From contig CM082580.2 in assembly GCA_040954595.2 (NCBI GenBank), forward strand, positions 9,092,390 to 9,156,389: 64,000 nucleotides of DNA. Direction: 5' to 3'. The stretch is from Balanoglossus misakiensis. Its lineage: Eukaryota > Animalia > Hemichordata. Positions 1 through 15,000 of this stretch are shown one piece after another. Positions within the stretch are counted from its first letter, which is position 1. Each line of letters begins with the position of its first letter. The notes below the pieces were generated by a model. The model searched no databases. It saw nothing but the letters and a program-made list of their open reading frames with translations, and was not told the DNA's origin. The translations under genes were made by a program, and so were the position numbers.

Positions 1-46
1 CTGGACCTCTACAGATGGCCCTAGGGGCAAAGGGGTCAAAAGTTAC

Positions 47-3000
47 CTTTCTCTGTAAGGGTCGCTTTGGAGCTTCGGACAGATCATTGTCCCCCGGACT
101 ACTAAACACCTTCTCAAAGGCACTCAGTTCATCTTTCAAACAGTCATAAGTCTTGCAGTCTTCAAGCAGTGCTCTGCACAGTGTCTGTTCAAAGGTGGAA
201 AAAAACAGTTTCATTCAGGATGTACAAATGATATTTTGTCCAAGCTGTGCTAAGGGAAAAGTTAACTCTAAAGTAGACGTTAACTTTAAAGTTGGCAGAC
301 TTCACTTTAAAGCAAAGTTGCTGGACCTATCTCACCAACTTTGTTCCCTTCCCCTTCTTGGTGTACCAGTAGTGTTTAAATGAGCAAGCAAGCATACATA
401 TGAATAGACAAATGTGACAGGTTTGAGTGTATTTGGTTTTGCTGCCAAAGAAGTCGCACAGCTCTGATATCTGCATGGCCGATGGGCATTAATGCTCCTT
501 TAAATTCAGTAAACAGAAGGATTCAGTGCAGTGATGCACAGTACGTTGTACAGTGTTCTTATTGGAATCACCACAATTCAGAAGTTAATGTACCAGTACA
601 CGACGCATGGAAGCTCTTGATGTCGATGCATGCATGACGCAGGTCTGAGAATCCCCCTAAGTTCGATGCAATGCGGGTCTCCTGTCCGTATACCTTCACA
701 TGCACGTCAGGAAATAACTGTCACATTCAAAGTCCCAGGAAAGTTGCCAGCATGTATTATTACATGTTGGTATTACTACATGTTGAAGATTGGCCTTGCA
801 TGAGCATGGTTTTTTTTTGTGTGTTTTTTTTTTTTTTTTTTTTTTTTGGGGGGGGGGGGTATTTTGTTTTGGTGATGACAACAGACAAAATGTATACACA
901 TCCCTTAAAGCCCCAATAGCTGACTTTTAGTTGAATTGTTACAGGATATGGCCTAGATAGGCCACTGAAACCTCACCTCTGAGAACTCTATAATGGTCGG
1001 TTCTTCCTTGAACGCGTCTCCCGCGATGCTGCTCCACTGAAGCACCAAGTGGATGACACGACGTTTGTTATTGAGAGCGTAGTCGGCCATCTCTTGTTCG
1101 GTGCCCTGAGAGGCTTTCGCATGATAAGTTCATCGTTTGTCAAGGAGCCACAATAACAACAAGGGTCTTCAGAATTCTCATTTTGTTGTCATATACAACA
1201 TTTAAAATGGTAAACAGTAGTTCTGACTGTTTGATACAGTGTTTTAACTACAGACTCTCTGACAGCAATTCATCGCTTGTACCCAGTAATCCTTACACAT
1301 GTATTGGCTTTTTCAGTATTAAGAAACAGGGGAAACTTCATTAAAATATCAATGTTCTACAGGCAAGGTCAGACACAGCCAGAAAGTGAACAACTGCATG
1401 GCTGGATGAGTATATAAGTATATGAGGGCGGAAAAGAATTAAACAAGAACACTATGTGATATCGGGAGGAAACTCTAGCTCTACTGGTATGTAGGATCGT
1501 GTCTCTGCCTACCAGTTACTGCGGCGTTTTGTACCGAAAGGATATTGTGACATAAGGGCCGGCGACAGGTGGTTGCTGGGCATGAAGACGACGTGGGTCA
1601 GGAGGAAATCTTCCACGAACGTGTCCGACTCGTTGTACTTGTCCACATGAGCTTCCAGCAGATGTTCCAGCATCTTTTCCGGTGTTCCTGCCATGACGCT
1701 GTATCTGGAAAAAAAAACAAGAGCGCAGGGGATTGGTGAGGGGATGAGAGGGTTCCTCTTTCGAGGGAGGCGGGGACAGGAAACTGTCAGCAAAAAAGAC
1801 AACATTAATCTCATAGATTCCACATTTGGTCTATAGACAAAGTTTTCCGAATGATAACTCCAAAAAAAGAAGATGTCATACATGTATCTCTGTGTATTAA
1901 AAGCTATCGCAACAGCTTTTGTGATTGCAATATCGATTAAATTATTAGAAATAAAACTTTCAATGATGAATTAATGAGAGATATTACAAGCTATATGTAG
2001 GTGTTACATGTCGTTAACTGGTACATGTGTATCAGTATGTAAAATACAAGAAGAATAATTCACGCAAATAGTGTATGCACGTACCCCAAACCCACCTATG
2101 ATGGATACTGAAATTTTTTAAACTCAGTCCTACACACCTAAACCATAATTATAATCATGGCTTTACTCATCTACAACCCACAACCTGACTTTACATGTAC
2201 CTCGTGATAAACAGCAACTTCATTTGTTGAGAAAACATACAAATATTCAAATGTAAGAAAAATCACATTGAAAATTTAGCCGATCTGTAGAAAATCTGTA
2301 CATATGCACACAAATCACCGACTGTAAGACAAAATAGTTTGCATCATTTCCAAGTTACAGTAAGTCTTTGCTACTTACATGTACCGGTACACTCAGTTGT
2401 GACAGTATGAATCTGCAACTGAAACTGACTGATGTTGCTTCACCAGAAGAGTTTGTGCTACTGCAAGCTACTGTCAGTGCTTGGCAATTTATGGAGGAGT
2501 CTAAAGTGTTTGGGGGGGGGGGGTTGGATGGTCCCTCATTAAGCACTGAGTTGGACAGGATGTTATGTGGCTTCTTTTAACTAAAAGCATACAAGTCAGT
2601 ATGGGTTCACCTCCGGACCACCATGCTGATTCATGCAGCATGGAATTTTACCAGGTCAAAAATACACAAGCAAATCCTTGAATTTTGCATGTTGGTGTAA
2701 ATTAAGTTGCATTAATTAAAGATGTTTCAATCTCCAGCGATACACAGAAATGATAAACAGGAACAAATACCCTAAATAGATCGTGTCACTGAGGATGTTT
2801 TCCGTTGACGTATTCTGAAATTGAATCTGCACCAGCGATTGGTGACGTAAATAAATCAATTACACACATAATTATTGCTGAAATAAGAGACCAACATGGT
2901 CAGATACTTGCTAATGACCTAGGGGCTACATATCAATGCAAAGCATTTGTTTATATGCCCGTAGCATTAAAATTCCCCAACATACCTTTTTCACAAAGTC

Positions 3001-6000
3001 AAAACTAGCAGCAACGTACCTGTACTCATAAAATTGAAAGATGCATTTTATCTTAAATTATATATTATTGAAAACTCACTTATAATGAGTGGGCATCCCA
3101 TCCTGGCCTCTGTTGGTTGGTATTTTTTCCAGAACCAACACGTCTTGTCCGTGTTCCTTCAACCTCACAGTGTTGGCTTCAACGTCCTACGATTGAGACC
3201 AAAATCTATCATTGCAATTTGGCACCTTCCGCTAAAACAAGTCATTCCAAATGTACATGAAGACAAACATTCAAGATCAGTTCTCTCTCCATATGCAGCA
3301 CACAATTTTCACACAATTAGCTGAGGGAGAAAAACACACACCCACTTTGCTGAAAAGGCACTGTCCGACATTAAAGAAAACTACTTACTCTTAAGATTCT
3401 ATTAAAATCATCCTTGTCCACTCTCAAAAAGTGACAGTTGTCTTCGCGTAAGACGATGGACGCAGCCCGAGGAGCGTCATTGACGAGGGCCAATTTGCCA
3501 AAATCGTCACCTTCATGGAGTGTACACACCACACCCTTCCCGTAAATGACAACATTGACAGATCCTCGCAAAATGATGTACCACGACTTCCCTTCATCTC
3601 CTTGGTTGAACACTATTATAGCAGAGAAAAAAGTCACGGGTACCGTTATGCAAAATTGAAGTACTAAGAATGATTTCAAACTGGTAAAATTATTACTGAT
3701 TCTATCCTTTAACAATTCCAATATGTTGACATACATTACATATGATATACCGGTACATTGAAGTTTCTGCAGACTGCTGGGTGCAGTGCACTGCTATATA
3801 CTCACAAACTGTGCCTGCTTTCTGATGGGACTCAAACTTAAGGACACTGGCCAGTTCCCTCTTCACCATGGTTGACAAGTGGGACAAGGCTTTTATGTGA
3901 AGTAATTCTTCATAGATGATTTCAAGGTCGTCCACGGTCCTTTCCGGTGGTCTGTAAAAATCAATACTTGTTTGTCTTTTCTTTTTCCTTTTTTTTGCAA
4001 TTGGCTTGAGAATGTCCATTACCCCAACATAAAATAAATGCTGACATCAAATAAAAATTGGTTCACAAGAAAAAAACAAAATGAACCCAGGGCAGTTACC
4101 CTCCTGTCCACTTAATCCCCCCTCCCAACATTTCCCACCCACTACTTTTAGGGCTACAGTGTTGAGAGATAGGTTGAGGTAACTGTCCCAGAACCAAGCT
4201 ATAGCTTTGAGGACCAAGCTTGCACAGAACGTGTGTGTGTGTGTGGGGGGGGGGTCAACTTACGGCTTTCTGAGTATCATCCTCATCATGGCGTCCGGAC
4301 TGATTTGCGCCAGCGTTACCAAGGTGTCCTGCAGCTCATCCTCGCACTCTTTCTTCTCGTTGTTGTTCGGAACGGTTCCGATGCCGAGGTCGTCCTCCCG
4401 AAAGCGGTAGAAGAGGTACTTGTCTTTGAACTGGTGCTCGTGGCAAACTGAGAGGTGGAAAGTCGAATAGATACGGAGATGAAAATAATTGACTGTCTCT
4501 ATATAGTTGTACATGCAGTCCTCAAAGACTTACATGCTGCAAGAAGACCATCGAATTTGTCTCTTGCCATAGGATTACACAGAAAATTGCTAGAAAACCC
4601 ACTCATATTACTGCCACTCAAATGAAATAGAATTCAACAGCCTAACAATATTTTATTTTTGCAAGGCATAAAACTATGATAAAAATAAACTACCGTGTGT
4701 GATCACGCCTTCCTCGAGCAACGCTTGCCACATTCCCACCGCCTGGTTTCTGGAATGGACAAATGAGCTCTGCTGCATCAGCCAGTCCACCATTTCTGAG
4801 CCGACCAGACAGCGTCGGTAAGTGCGCAGGTGGTACTTGCGGTCGCGGATCATGTGAGGAGATCGGGTGAGAATTACTGTGCGAATCACATAGCCCGCTC
4901 TTGCCAGTCTTTCAGAAGGGGTCTGGTGGAAAAGTGACATGAAAAATGTGTAGTTTTTTTAAGGATATTCAAAATTATAGTTCAGACTACTGTAAAACAG
5001 GAAATTTTCACAAACAACAAATTTTTGCGAACTACACGAGAGCCAAAAAAACTGTGTATAACGTCAGTTGCCACTTTTGATATTGAGAAAATTTCTTGTC
5101 GCGAGAATTTCCTTGTTTACAGCAGTCATGACCCATATTTATTTGACTGAAACTGATTAAAAATTTGCCTCATTGCACAGGTTTCTGAAAAATGCCCTCA
5201 GAGGCACATTAATTACTTGTTTTAAAAAGTGTTGTCAGTACAACAGACAATTAATATATTAATACGTCATGCATGGACTCCTCATCCAAACACAATGACA
5301 ATTTGTGAACTAAATTTAAATTTTTGACGTCTGATTATCCTGTTTTTTAAACAAATGCACCCCCCCCCCCCCCCTGACCACCATCACAGGAAGGTGGGAC
5401 ATTCTTTAAAAACCGGACATGACAGAAGAAGACTGTCAAATGCCTAGCAGCTCTGATTTGGTGTGTTTTGGGGAAAAGGGAATTTTTGCGTCAACGGAAA
5501 CAGGAAAACCAAGTGAAGGACACTTCATTAGATTACGGAAAAAATAAAATCTTACTACATGTATTTCAGGGAGAAGATCACGATGCATTGTTATCACCAC
5601 CTCCCCCCCCCCCCCCTCCCCCCTCCCATATTTCGGCTCACACCAACTCGCTGTCTGCAAACACCATCACCAGTCAAACAATATGGAAGAGATTGAAACA
5701 CTGTGATCGATCGACACAAAATGTACGAGCGCAATTTTGACCCTATACTCACGTCAGTTAGCGGCAATGCTGGGTGCTGTGATTCCATTCCGTCTTCGGT
5801 GTGCGGTTTCGGTGACTGCAAGTAAGAGCACAGACAAAACAGGACAGTTGAGATGGGGAGATTGTTGAAGTATCAGGTTCCATCTGTCCTTCACTACAGT
5901 TTTCAGCACCGAGTGGGTGGGGTACACAAACATTTACTTTGGGTATAACTTTAAGAGGCTGACATCCACGACTAACACACAGACACGTGAAGATATAATC

Positions 6001-9000
6001 ATGACAGTGTTATTTTAGCAACTTATGGGTACATGAACATTTATGGGTGAATTCTTAAGTGCATCAACATTCACACGTGGTTTACAAAGAGAAGACAGCG
6101 TACTTCAGTTTGTTTTTGAGATGACAGACAATGCTCTATTTCGTTTCGATGGATGAGAGAGAAAAATGTCACCCATCGAGTCCACACACACATTGACAAA
6201 AGGCACAAAACTGAAGTTCACATTACCTTACACCCAAATGTCAATCTTACATAAAAATACAATTTTCGGATAAAAACCATGCATACACAAAGTAATTGAG
6301 AGGGGGGGGGGAGATCTTTATGGAGAAAAATAAATAAATTTCAACTCAACAGCTTGAAGAAATTCAACTCAACAATTTGACGTTGAAAGATTTGTTGCAG
6401 AGTGAATCTCTGGTCTTGCCTCAAATATATATTGCCCCCCCCCCCCAAGTATTTGCTCAATTTCATTGGGTTGAGGAAGTATTTGCCACTTTTTTCACAA
6501 ATAATTAAAAAACAATTTAAGTATGCAGGAGGCATTTTGTGTCTACCCCAAACACATCTTCCCTCGATGCAACATTCACTATGGCTGTTTTCAGGCAGTG
6601 AGAATTCTTAGTGGCATGCAAAGTCTGCCTGAAAACACTCACAGAATGCTGCATTTTGGGGAATAAATCGTCTACCATCGCAAGTTTTCAATATTTATCA
6701 GTCGTTGTATTATTTGATTTATTGGAAAGCCACAGTAGCTGTTACAAAATATGTATACTGGTATTCTGCACCAAAAAAATCACCAAATCTCACATAAAAT
6801 ATTCTATCCACAATTTTGTGAGATAGAATTAGAAATTTTAAGTAAAAATGATTGTGAGGGAATGACGAATGTTTGATTCAACCAAATTAACAGATTGATC
6901 TACCGGTACATCTACCGGTAGTAGAACTTTCACTACATGTACAGTATGCAAACATTAAGTCAAAGATACGGTTGAGACAATCTGTTCATATCCTTTTCAC
7001 AGAGAATGCAGGCATACAACACTAAAGAGGGAAGATTAATATAATATGACACCAGTTTCAGATTCAGAGTCAAGTTTTATTACAATCAATGATACACATT
7101 ACAACATGCGTCTTTATATAGGAGGGGAAATCTTTCACTATGTACAATATGGAAAGAGACAGTGATTTCATTTGGACTGGAGAGAGCTTATAGTTCTAGA
7201 TCATTCACTACGTGTACACTACAGTAGGGCTAAATGACCATCTAAGACAGTGACAGGTGGTTAGAATTGTGAGAGAGGACCAACCAACAAACTTTAACCT
7301 TTGAACACAATGTATATTTAAAGAATTCCGGCTTACTTTTTTACCTCTCAGACTAGGAACCGGACGTTTAATGTGCAACCATATTTTAACCATTGTTCTA
7401 AGTTTATTTGTGGAGTTCTGGCCACACAACCACCCACTGTACAATGATGCAGTATGATGCAGTACATAAACTTTCTCGAATCCGAAATCTGCGGCCCAAA
7501 CTCCCCTCCCTCCGACCACACTCATCTTGTCAGATCCTCTGTGTATTTATAGCTGGTCCAACGGAACCATGCATTATCCGGAACATATTTTTGCTGCTGT
7601 TTTGGCCACAGAAATCAATGCGGATTATTCCCACTCGGATGAGTCTAGGGATTTTTAAGCTTTACATGAAAACACTGCACCCTAAGCAAAATTAGTTGCT
7701 TTCTATGATCCGTGTTTGTACAAGAACGAAGTACCTGCAATCTTAATAGTTTCCCAATGATGAAATGGAGAGAGAAAAATTGGAAACTTCTCGCTAAATT
7801 TGTTCAATACATAATGCTCATGTTATCCATAGCACACCTTGAGACATGAGTTAAAATACAAGTCAAGAACATGCAATTGCACCCTCAGTCAGTCAGTCAG
7901 TCATACATCTCCTAGTGTGTGGTCATATGTTGCCATAGCACAACAGAATGGCCCCCTTCATGGTCTTTGGACTTGGTCCTCTCTCGTACCAAGTGCACTA
8001 TGTTCTACACTTAATAGTTTTATTATAATACTACGTGATTCTCACAGTCACACAGAGAACCTATTCTAAATCTAACTCCTTTAAACTCTAGAGCTTATTA
8101 CAGTGCACAGCCAAAAAAATACAAACAAACAAACAAATGACGATAAAGAACAGCAAAACAAGGAAACAGAACATTCCATAACCAGTCAAACAAACAAACA
8201 AACAAACAGATTGCCAATGCGGTTGCAAACGTGAAGTTGAAGTGCTGATTGAGATCTGTGAGGTATGGAATAGTTGCAGGGGCGAAAATGAATCAGCACA
8301 ACCACAAAATAAAATCAGCAAATCATGCAAAAGTATGATGAGCTATTTGACATGGTTGAAAATTCATGTTACGATTGACTGGTGATTTTTTTCTTTTTAA
8401 AAGAAATGCAAGCGCTGAGATTCAAGAGCAGTGAGAAAACTTAAAAAAAAACAGCGAGTGGATAAACTTAATCAATCGCTTAATCCATAAAAAAATGTGG
8501 CACTCGTAATGGTAATGTAGGAAAAAAAACTGGTGATGCACAGAATAAGAGAGACATAATGGAAAAGATTGACAACGATATGACTACTGCATAACATATG
8601 AGTACCCACTTATGAACTAACACACAGTCCAGCTGTGCCCTTACCAAATAAATGTCAACTCGGTATGAACCCTGATTATTGGGTGTAGGAGTTATTGTAG
8701 TTGTCAACCGGCGCCCCCTAAGAGCGGAAGGAGGAGGGGGAGGAGGTATATGCTTGGCTGGCTATAAAACGAGTATCATTTATTGTGCATGCACATGTAT
8801 ATGTACATGTACAACCAGGTCAGTTTGGGAAATGGGGGGAAAAATAAAAAAAGTAATGGAAAATGTATGAGTTAAGTTTACGTTTTTTTAACCTTCAAAT
8901 TTAAAAATATTGTCAGTCTGGTTTTAACTATAACACTTATAATTACACACACTTATAATTACACACACACCATTTTACTCGTTTGTTTTTCGCACTTTTT

Positions 9001-12000
9001 ATCATAAGAAAGCTGGCTCTGTTCGATAAAGACAGAACTCTTCCTTTATCAAACATTTTCAAGCAGCCATCATCTCAGAACAAACATCACAATCACGACC
9101 ACGAGAACAAACAGTGCAATAGCACACACTGAGAGGTGCCCCTGTGCATCCCAACGAATTCTCTACCCCCATTTTCTAGTGCATGGATCCAGCGATGACA
9201 ACTAAAACAATGGGGTTCATCCAAATCACAGGGATGACAGGGGTGGACAAACATTCACACAAATGTGCAGATGCACACCAAAGTTGTGAAGTGTCACGCA
9301 ACACCGAGAGAGTGCACAAAATTGACACACTACACAATTTGAACACTGATTTTGTTTTTATATGAAATTGACTGTCTGTAGTGGGCACCTGTCCTGAAAC
9401 TTTGTTTTGTTTTTATGTGAAATTGACTGTAGAGGGCGCTATCAGGAACTTTCTTTTGTTTTTATGTGAAATTGACTACAGAAGCTAAGCAATTACTTTA
9501 TCAGGAAAAGCACAAACAAGTCAAGATAGGGGAAAAGTATCTGGATTGGACACATGATCATTGTAATCTTATTCATAAAATGCAAAGGCTCACTACTTTA
9601 AACTATTGTATGGTGTTTTTGTGGGGAATTGCCGATTTTAAGATCCACTCAACATAGCAACACCAACACTGATGCAAAATCTGGTTTTCACAATGAGCAG
9701 ACGTACACAGGCACACCGATGCCTTTGAGTATACATGTAAACTTACCAGAGACATCTGTTTCGACAGCAGTTCCATGCTTTGGGAAGCCCCCTCACGGGA
9801 ATACCTACTGGATCTGGGAGAGGGATGATCTTCAGAGATCCCGCACCTGCTGAGCCTTGGTGAATTGATAGATTCTGCAAAAGCAGTGGTTGAATTGTAC
9901 TTGAGAGGCAGAAACATTTTTTCCATAAATTTTAGGGACATCACCAGATAGAATTGGCAGCTTAATTTGCGGCCTTAAAAAAATATACAGCCGTACCTTG
10001 TTCTTGCAGAGAGGGGGTATTGCTAATATATGCAGGCACTGTGCTGGAATTAATCATTCCATCCATAAACTTTTTATTCCTCTGTTGGGATAAAAAAACA
10101 GATTGACACAGCGTGGATCAGTTTATGATCCGTGAGATGCAAAGGGAATATCTCGGCTGTTTTAATACTATACACATCGGTTGTCTTGTATCAAACATAA
10201 TTTATGGGAAAAAGGGCAGCGAGAGAGAGACTTTGTCCCTTTAAAGCTAGGCTATGAATTATTACTGTAAACCACAAATGATGAAAACACACAATCTGCA
10301 CCATTCAATGAGATTACAATATGTGTGATACTCACTTTAAGATGAATACCACAGCAACACAAAATCTCATTGTTTGATGCGAAAAATGGGTGATTTAGCA
10401 GCAACTTTAATAAATCAAACAGACACAGCAATCTCTGCAGATTGCATTTCATTTTGCTGCTACAAACTTCTGCTCATCTCTCCTTCAAACTTATGAAGAT
10501 CACAAAAAAGGACATGGACAGCTATATACAATGAGAACATTGGGGTAGCTATATAGTGAGAATACTGTGATAGCTACCTCACCCACCTCCCACAAGGACT
10601 TGAAGTCTTTCTGTTCGATGCGAAGAAACTCGCAGTACTCTGTGGTGACCACCGTGGCATGACGCGGTGTGTCGGTCAGAACCGACTCGCCGAATGCTGT
10701 TCCCACGCCCAACGTGCAGATGGTGACAGCATCCTGCTTAGATAGCAAGAGGGAAAGTTAGACTTTGCTCAGCAACATACCTGACGCAGGCCATGACTTG
10801 ACACTGTCGTCAACCACATGCTTAAAAAAAGTAAAAGGTCTGGCTTTTATTATCAAAACTATGCAAATTTGAGATTACACATATTCGTTTGTGTTCAATG
10901 CAACGGAAAATTAATGGAAAAATATTCGGAAGACGTAAGAAATTGTAACATTTTACCTTGGGGTCACCTGTCTCAGATACATTCACATCCACTGTGCCCG
11001 TGAGAACCGCATACCAGTTGGTGCCAATGTCACCTTGGCGAAACACTGAACAAATAAACAGATCACAGTAGATAGAAATTATGCCACGTATTAAAATGCT
11101 GACAGAGAGTGACAAAAGTGCTAAGGAAAAGGCAACATTGAATGAAAAGGTTAAAGCCCCAATCACTGAGATGCCACTTTTTAAATTATTTCCATGACTT
11201 TATGATTAAACTTAGATTCAGGATTGCATCCATTTATAAATAAGCTTACTGATGGGTATACAGAAATATGTGCCCACACCCTGTTTGTGACTGTACGTTT
11301 TTATGTGCGGAAGTTAATAAATTGGTGTTGCACCCATATACTCTGCTTTCTGTTGCAAGAGTAGAATCTTTATCAATTCAAAATTCGTGTTAAGTGTGTG
11401 AAAAGTGTAAGCTCATGGGGCTTTAGGTGCTGAAATGTATGTAGGCATAGAAATAAATGATAATGTACTAGTATATGTTCTGATAATTTTGGAGTCTAAA
11501 TTTTTTTTTTTCACTTAAATTAACTTATTTTTCTACTGTCACTTTGCCCCAGTTTGCAATACATCACTCCCTCTAGTGGCCATTTGTGTAAGTTTGTAAA
11601 GCTTATATAGAGGGCGTTAAACTGTTCTGGGAGAAGAAAGCAAAACCATAGACAGAAGGAAAACATTGTATTATTAACATATACTCTCTCAATGCATAAA
11701 CAGTGGGAAGATGTTACATTTTTTTAAACTGTCACATTAATGATTAGAACATCAACCAAACTGCAACGCAAATCTTGACCTTTCTTAATCGGTTATAATG
11801 TCAAGGCTGTATTATACTCATCAAAATAGCAATTCTTTAGTTGAATACAAACTCTGAAATGTGCTCTAAACTGAACTGTTCGATTCTTCTGATATAACTT
11901 CTGAGTCAAAAGACAAACACCAGACTGAATGTTGAAATATTCATATGAATAGTTCCGTTACCATGGTATCCATGACCTCAACCGAAATTCAAACCAATCT

Positions 12001-15000
12001 TTTATGAATACTGTATGTTACGCAAATTATAAATTCCTGCTAAATCTGATTACATGTAATATAAACTTCCACCAATTCTTTTTGTAAAAATTTAACCTAA
12101 TTTGCACACACCCACTGAAAGTCTTCATAGGAAAATTCATGAATGAACTATATTAGACAACTGAAAATTTATAATGGTTTTGCCAAAGGGGTTAGGAAAG
12201 GTGACAAGGTCAGAGGGAAGCATTGAAAAAAGATGGAAAAATCAACAATGGATGCTGGGTTCTGTACATGAAATATGCATTTTCCATGCACACATCCGGC
12301 GGCAAAATTCCCCAATATAAGCTCTACACGAATCAGCTTACATGTAATTCCTTTGTCAAGGTCTTCGTAGTATCCATAGTAACAGATCTGTTGTAGCAAC
12401 AGCGGGTGGAACCTCTCGAAGGTTTTCACATCTTTGAGTCTTGAATAAATTATATCCAGATCTTCTCCGGTTCTGTCCGCTGGCCTGTATAGAGACAAAA
12501 CAGGTTTAATCCCATTATAAGGGTCACCTCATGCGCCCACACAGCTTCTTGTGTCCCCCAAGACACTAGTCCTTTGGAAATATCGATTTTATTTCTGCCT
12601 CCCCAACGTAAGTCACATTTGTAACTCTGATAATTGGCATTCTTATATTTTCTTTTGAGCAGCAAAAACCCTTTTCAAAATACGTTGTTTCATTTATCAG
12701 TGTATGACACGGCCGATATTTGATATCAATGCAGCTATTGATTTTGTATAAACATTGGAATTTGCCGTTCAGTCGTGGCAGGTAGTTGTGCAACAGTATA
12801 GCGTCATGTGACTATAAAATCAGACATGGTGACAAATAGAGAAACATCTATTCACTGTCTGAACCAGACCATGAATGTACAGAAGAAATTGTTAAATTTG
12901 CATAGATGTCCAGTTTATAGAGGTTCTTTTAACATGCTGTTCTATGTATGTGAAAAGACTGAAAAGGGTTTCCAGATTAGACAGGTTTCGCTTTAGACAG
13001 GTTTTACATAAACCATAAATAAAATGGCTGCATTCCAATTGGTTCACAGCATGAAACAGGATCAAATTATCAAGAGATTAACCAATCAGCCATCAGGTTT
13101 AAAAATAAACACAGCAGGACCCAATCAACAGTAGCACTCAAAACTCATAACCATCAAAAGCTGCTACAGCCAGCGAAAACTTTTATGAAACCAGTCGCCT
13201 AATAATTCTATACAAGTGTCTGTGCATGTCGAGACAGGCATGGCGGGAGGGCAGGCAACAACCACCAAAATGCCATAAAAATCACCGTCTTCCCACCACC
13301 TTGGTGATTTAGTCTCTCGTTATTTATGCAAATGTTCCACAGATTCTGCAAATGTCGCTGAGGCCCTACAGCAAGGAATAGAAACCAATGACTCACTGCA
13401 TGCCACGTCTCCGATGGAAATGAAACATGAACCATCAAATACACAAGATTGGGATGCAAGAGTTCAATTTGAAAATATACTGGTCGCAGGTTCAAACAAA
13501 TACGTCCCATTAGAATTTGCCAGAATTTATTTTAATCACATCACGGTACTTCATAGTGGCCCAAATTAAACAACAATAATGCGGTTCCCAAAGTAAACAT
13601 GTTTGTTTGTTTATTGTTTCCTCTAAGACCTATCATAAACATGTCATAAAAAAATTGTTGTTTCTTTTATATGTGAAGAGAGGCTGGTGAAGAAAAATAA
13701 GTTGACACAGCTTGCCTAGTTGCTGAGAAACTGTACAGTACATTTGTGGATATTAAATATACAACTGAATATATGATCCTCCCTAATGCCTGTATATGAA
13801 TTAATTAAGAATTCTTAAGACATTTCATATTAGATGTATAAGACGAAAGCTGCTGTGTGAAATGATATGTTCATGGCTGTCACGTTTACGGAAGTGCTCT
13901 GTAACGGTTTCATTTTCAGATTGTAGTCGATTGCTGATTGCAGTTAAGTAGACCATGGGATATCCAACACCTGCTCACACGATTGTACGATTTCTGAAGA
14001 GTGCATGTGTCTGTGTGTTGGTGTGTTGCGTAGACTCTCAGCCCGTGTGTATTAACACCCCAAAGGATTTGTAACTGTCAAATTCTACTTCATGTCGCCC
14101 TAGAAACCCAAAGCTTAGAGAGAAGAAACTGTACGCGTGCAGCGATTACAGCAGACTGAATTTAAGTCAAGCAAAGATTGATATGATTCCATGAACCTTT
14201 CAGGGTGATTAGGTGATGCCATGGCAACCAAATCCAGGTCAGGGTCGGGATGGAATCCATGGGATATGATAAAAGCAGGAAAAATTATGCTTACGCCATG
14301 TTGGTTTTATGGGGTTTACATATAAGTCGCCATGACTGACTCAAGATTATTATGGTACTGCTCGTCAAAATATGCCGAATCACTGATGAGATTTTAGAGA
14401 TCAAATTTCAGTGTCCATGAATTTTATAACAAGTGAGTTATGCTCTTGTGATAACAATTATTCTAGTATTGAACGAAATATTATAGACATATATAACATT
14501 ACATGTCTACAAGAAGAGTTAGCCAATGGTTTTAATTACCAAACAATGTACCAAATTCCCAAACAATGTAAAAGCTTTATTACATATCAAAATATACATG
14601 TGCCAACATTTGTTTTGCTCTGAAGACGTCAGTCCTACGCTCGATGTTAAATGTGAATTAAAGTTTTTCGCCATTATGCCTTGCTTCTCCCCACACCACT
14701 GTAACTTGTAAGACTCAGAATTAGAATTTGAATATCAGTCCTACAAAACAAAAGAATTTACATATTACTAGTTCAACACCTGTTTTACTCTGAATAAAAG
14801 TGAGTGCATGAGCTTTTGAGTTCTCTTCATTTCAGTCTGCCTTAGTAAGTGTATGCTGCTCCTTATACAGATAGTATAGTAATAGCGTGGTCACTGTAGA
14901 TCAATCAAAAATAGTGCAATTAATGAAATTGAATCACTACACCATCATTTTAATATGGTGGAAAGATGGCGAGGGATCTGATTAGCTCTCACCATGGTTA

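Noticed and set aside
808-860. Poly-T/poly-G run and the ORFs spanning it; other microsatellites near 25570, 28065, 40110 and 51740
   Set aside because: Ordinary low-complexity sequence.
7470-7645. Possible Epac2B-like alternative start exon ([18 protein letters not shown], phase 0)
   Set aside because: The donor AAA|GTTTAT is weak and there is no homology or promoter evidence.
12880-13010. Possible end of a pogo/Tigger-like MITE (TTAGACAGGTTT twice)
   Set aside because: No matching opposite terminus or target duplication was found.
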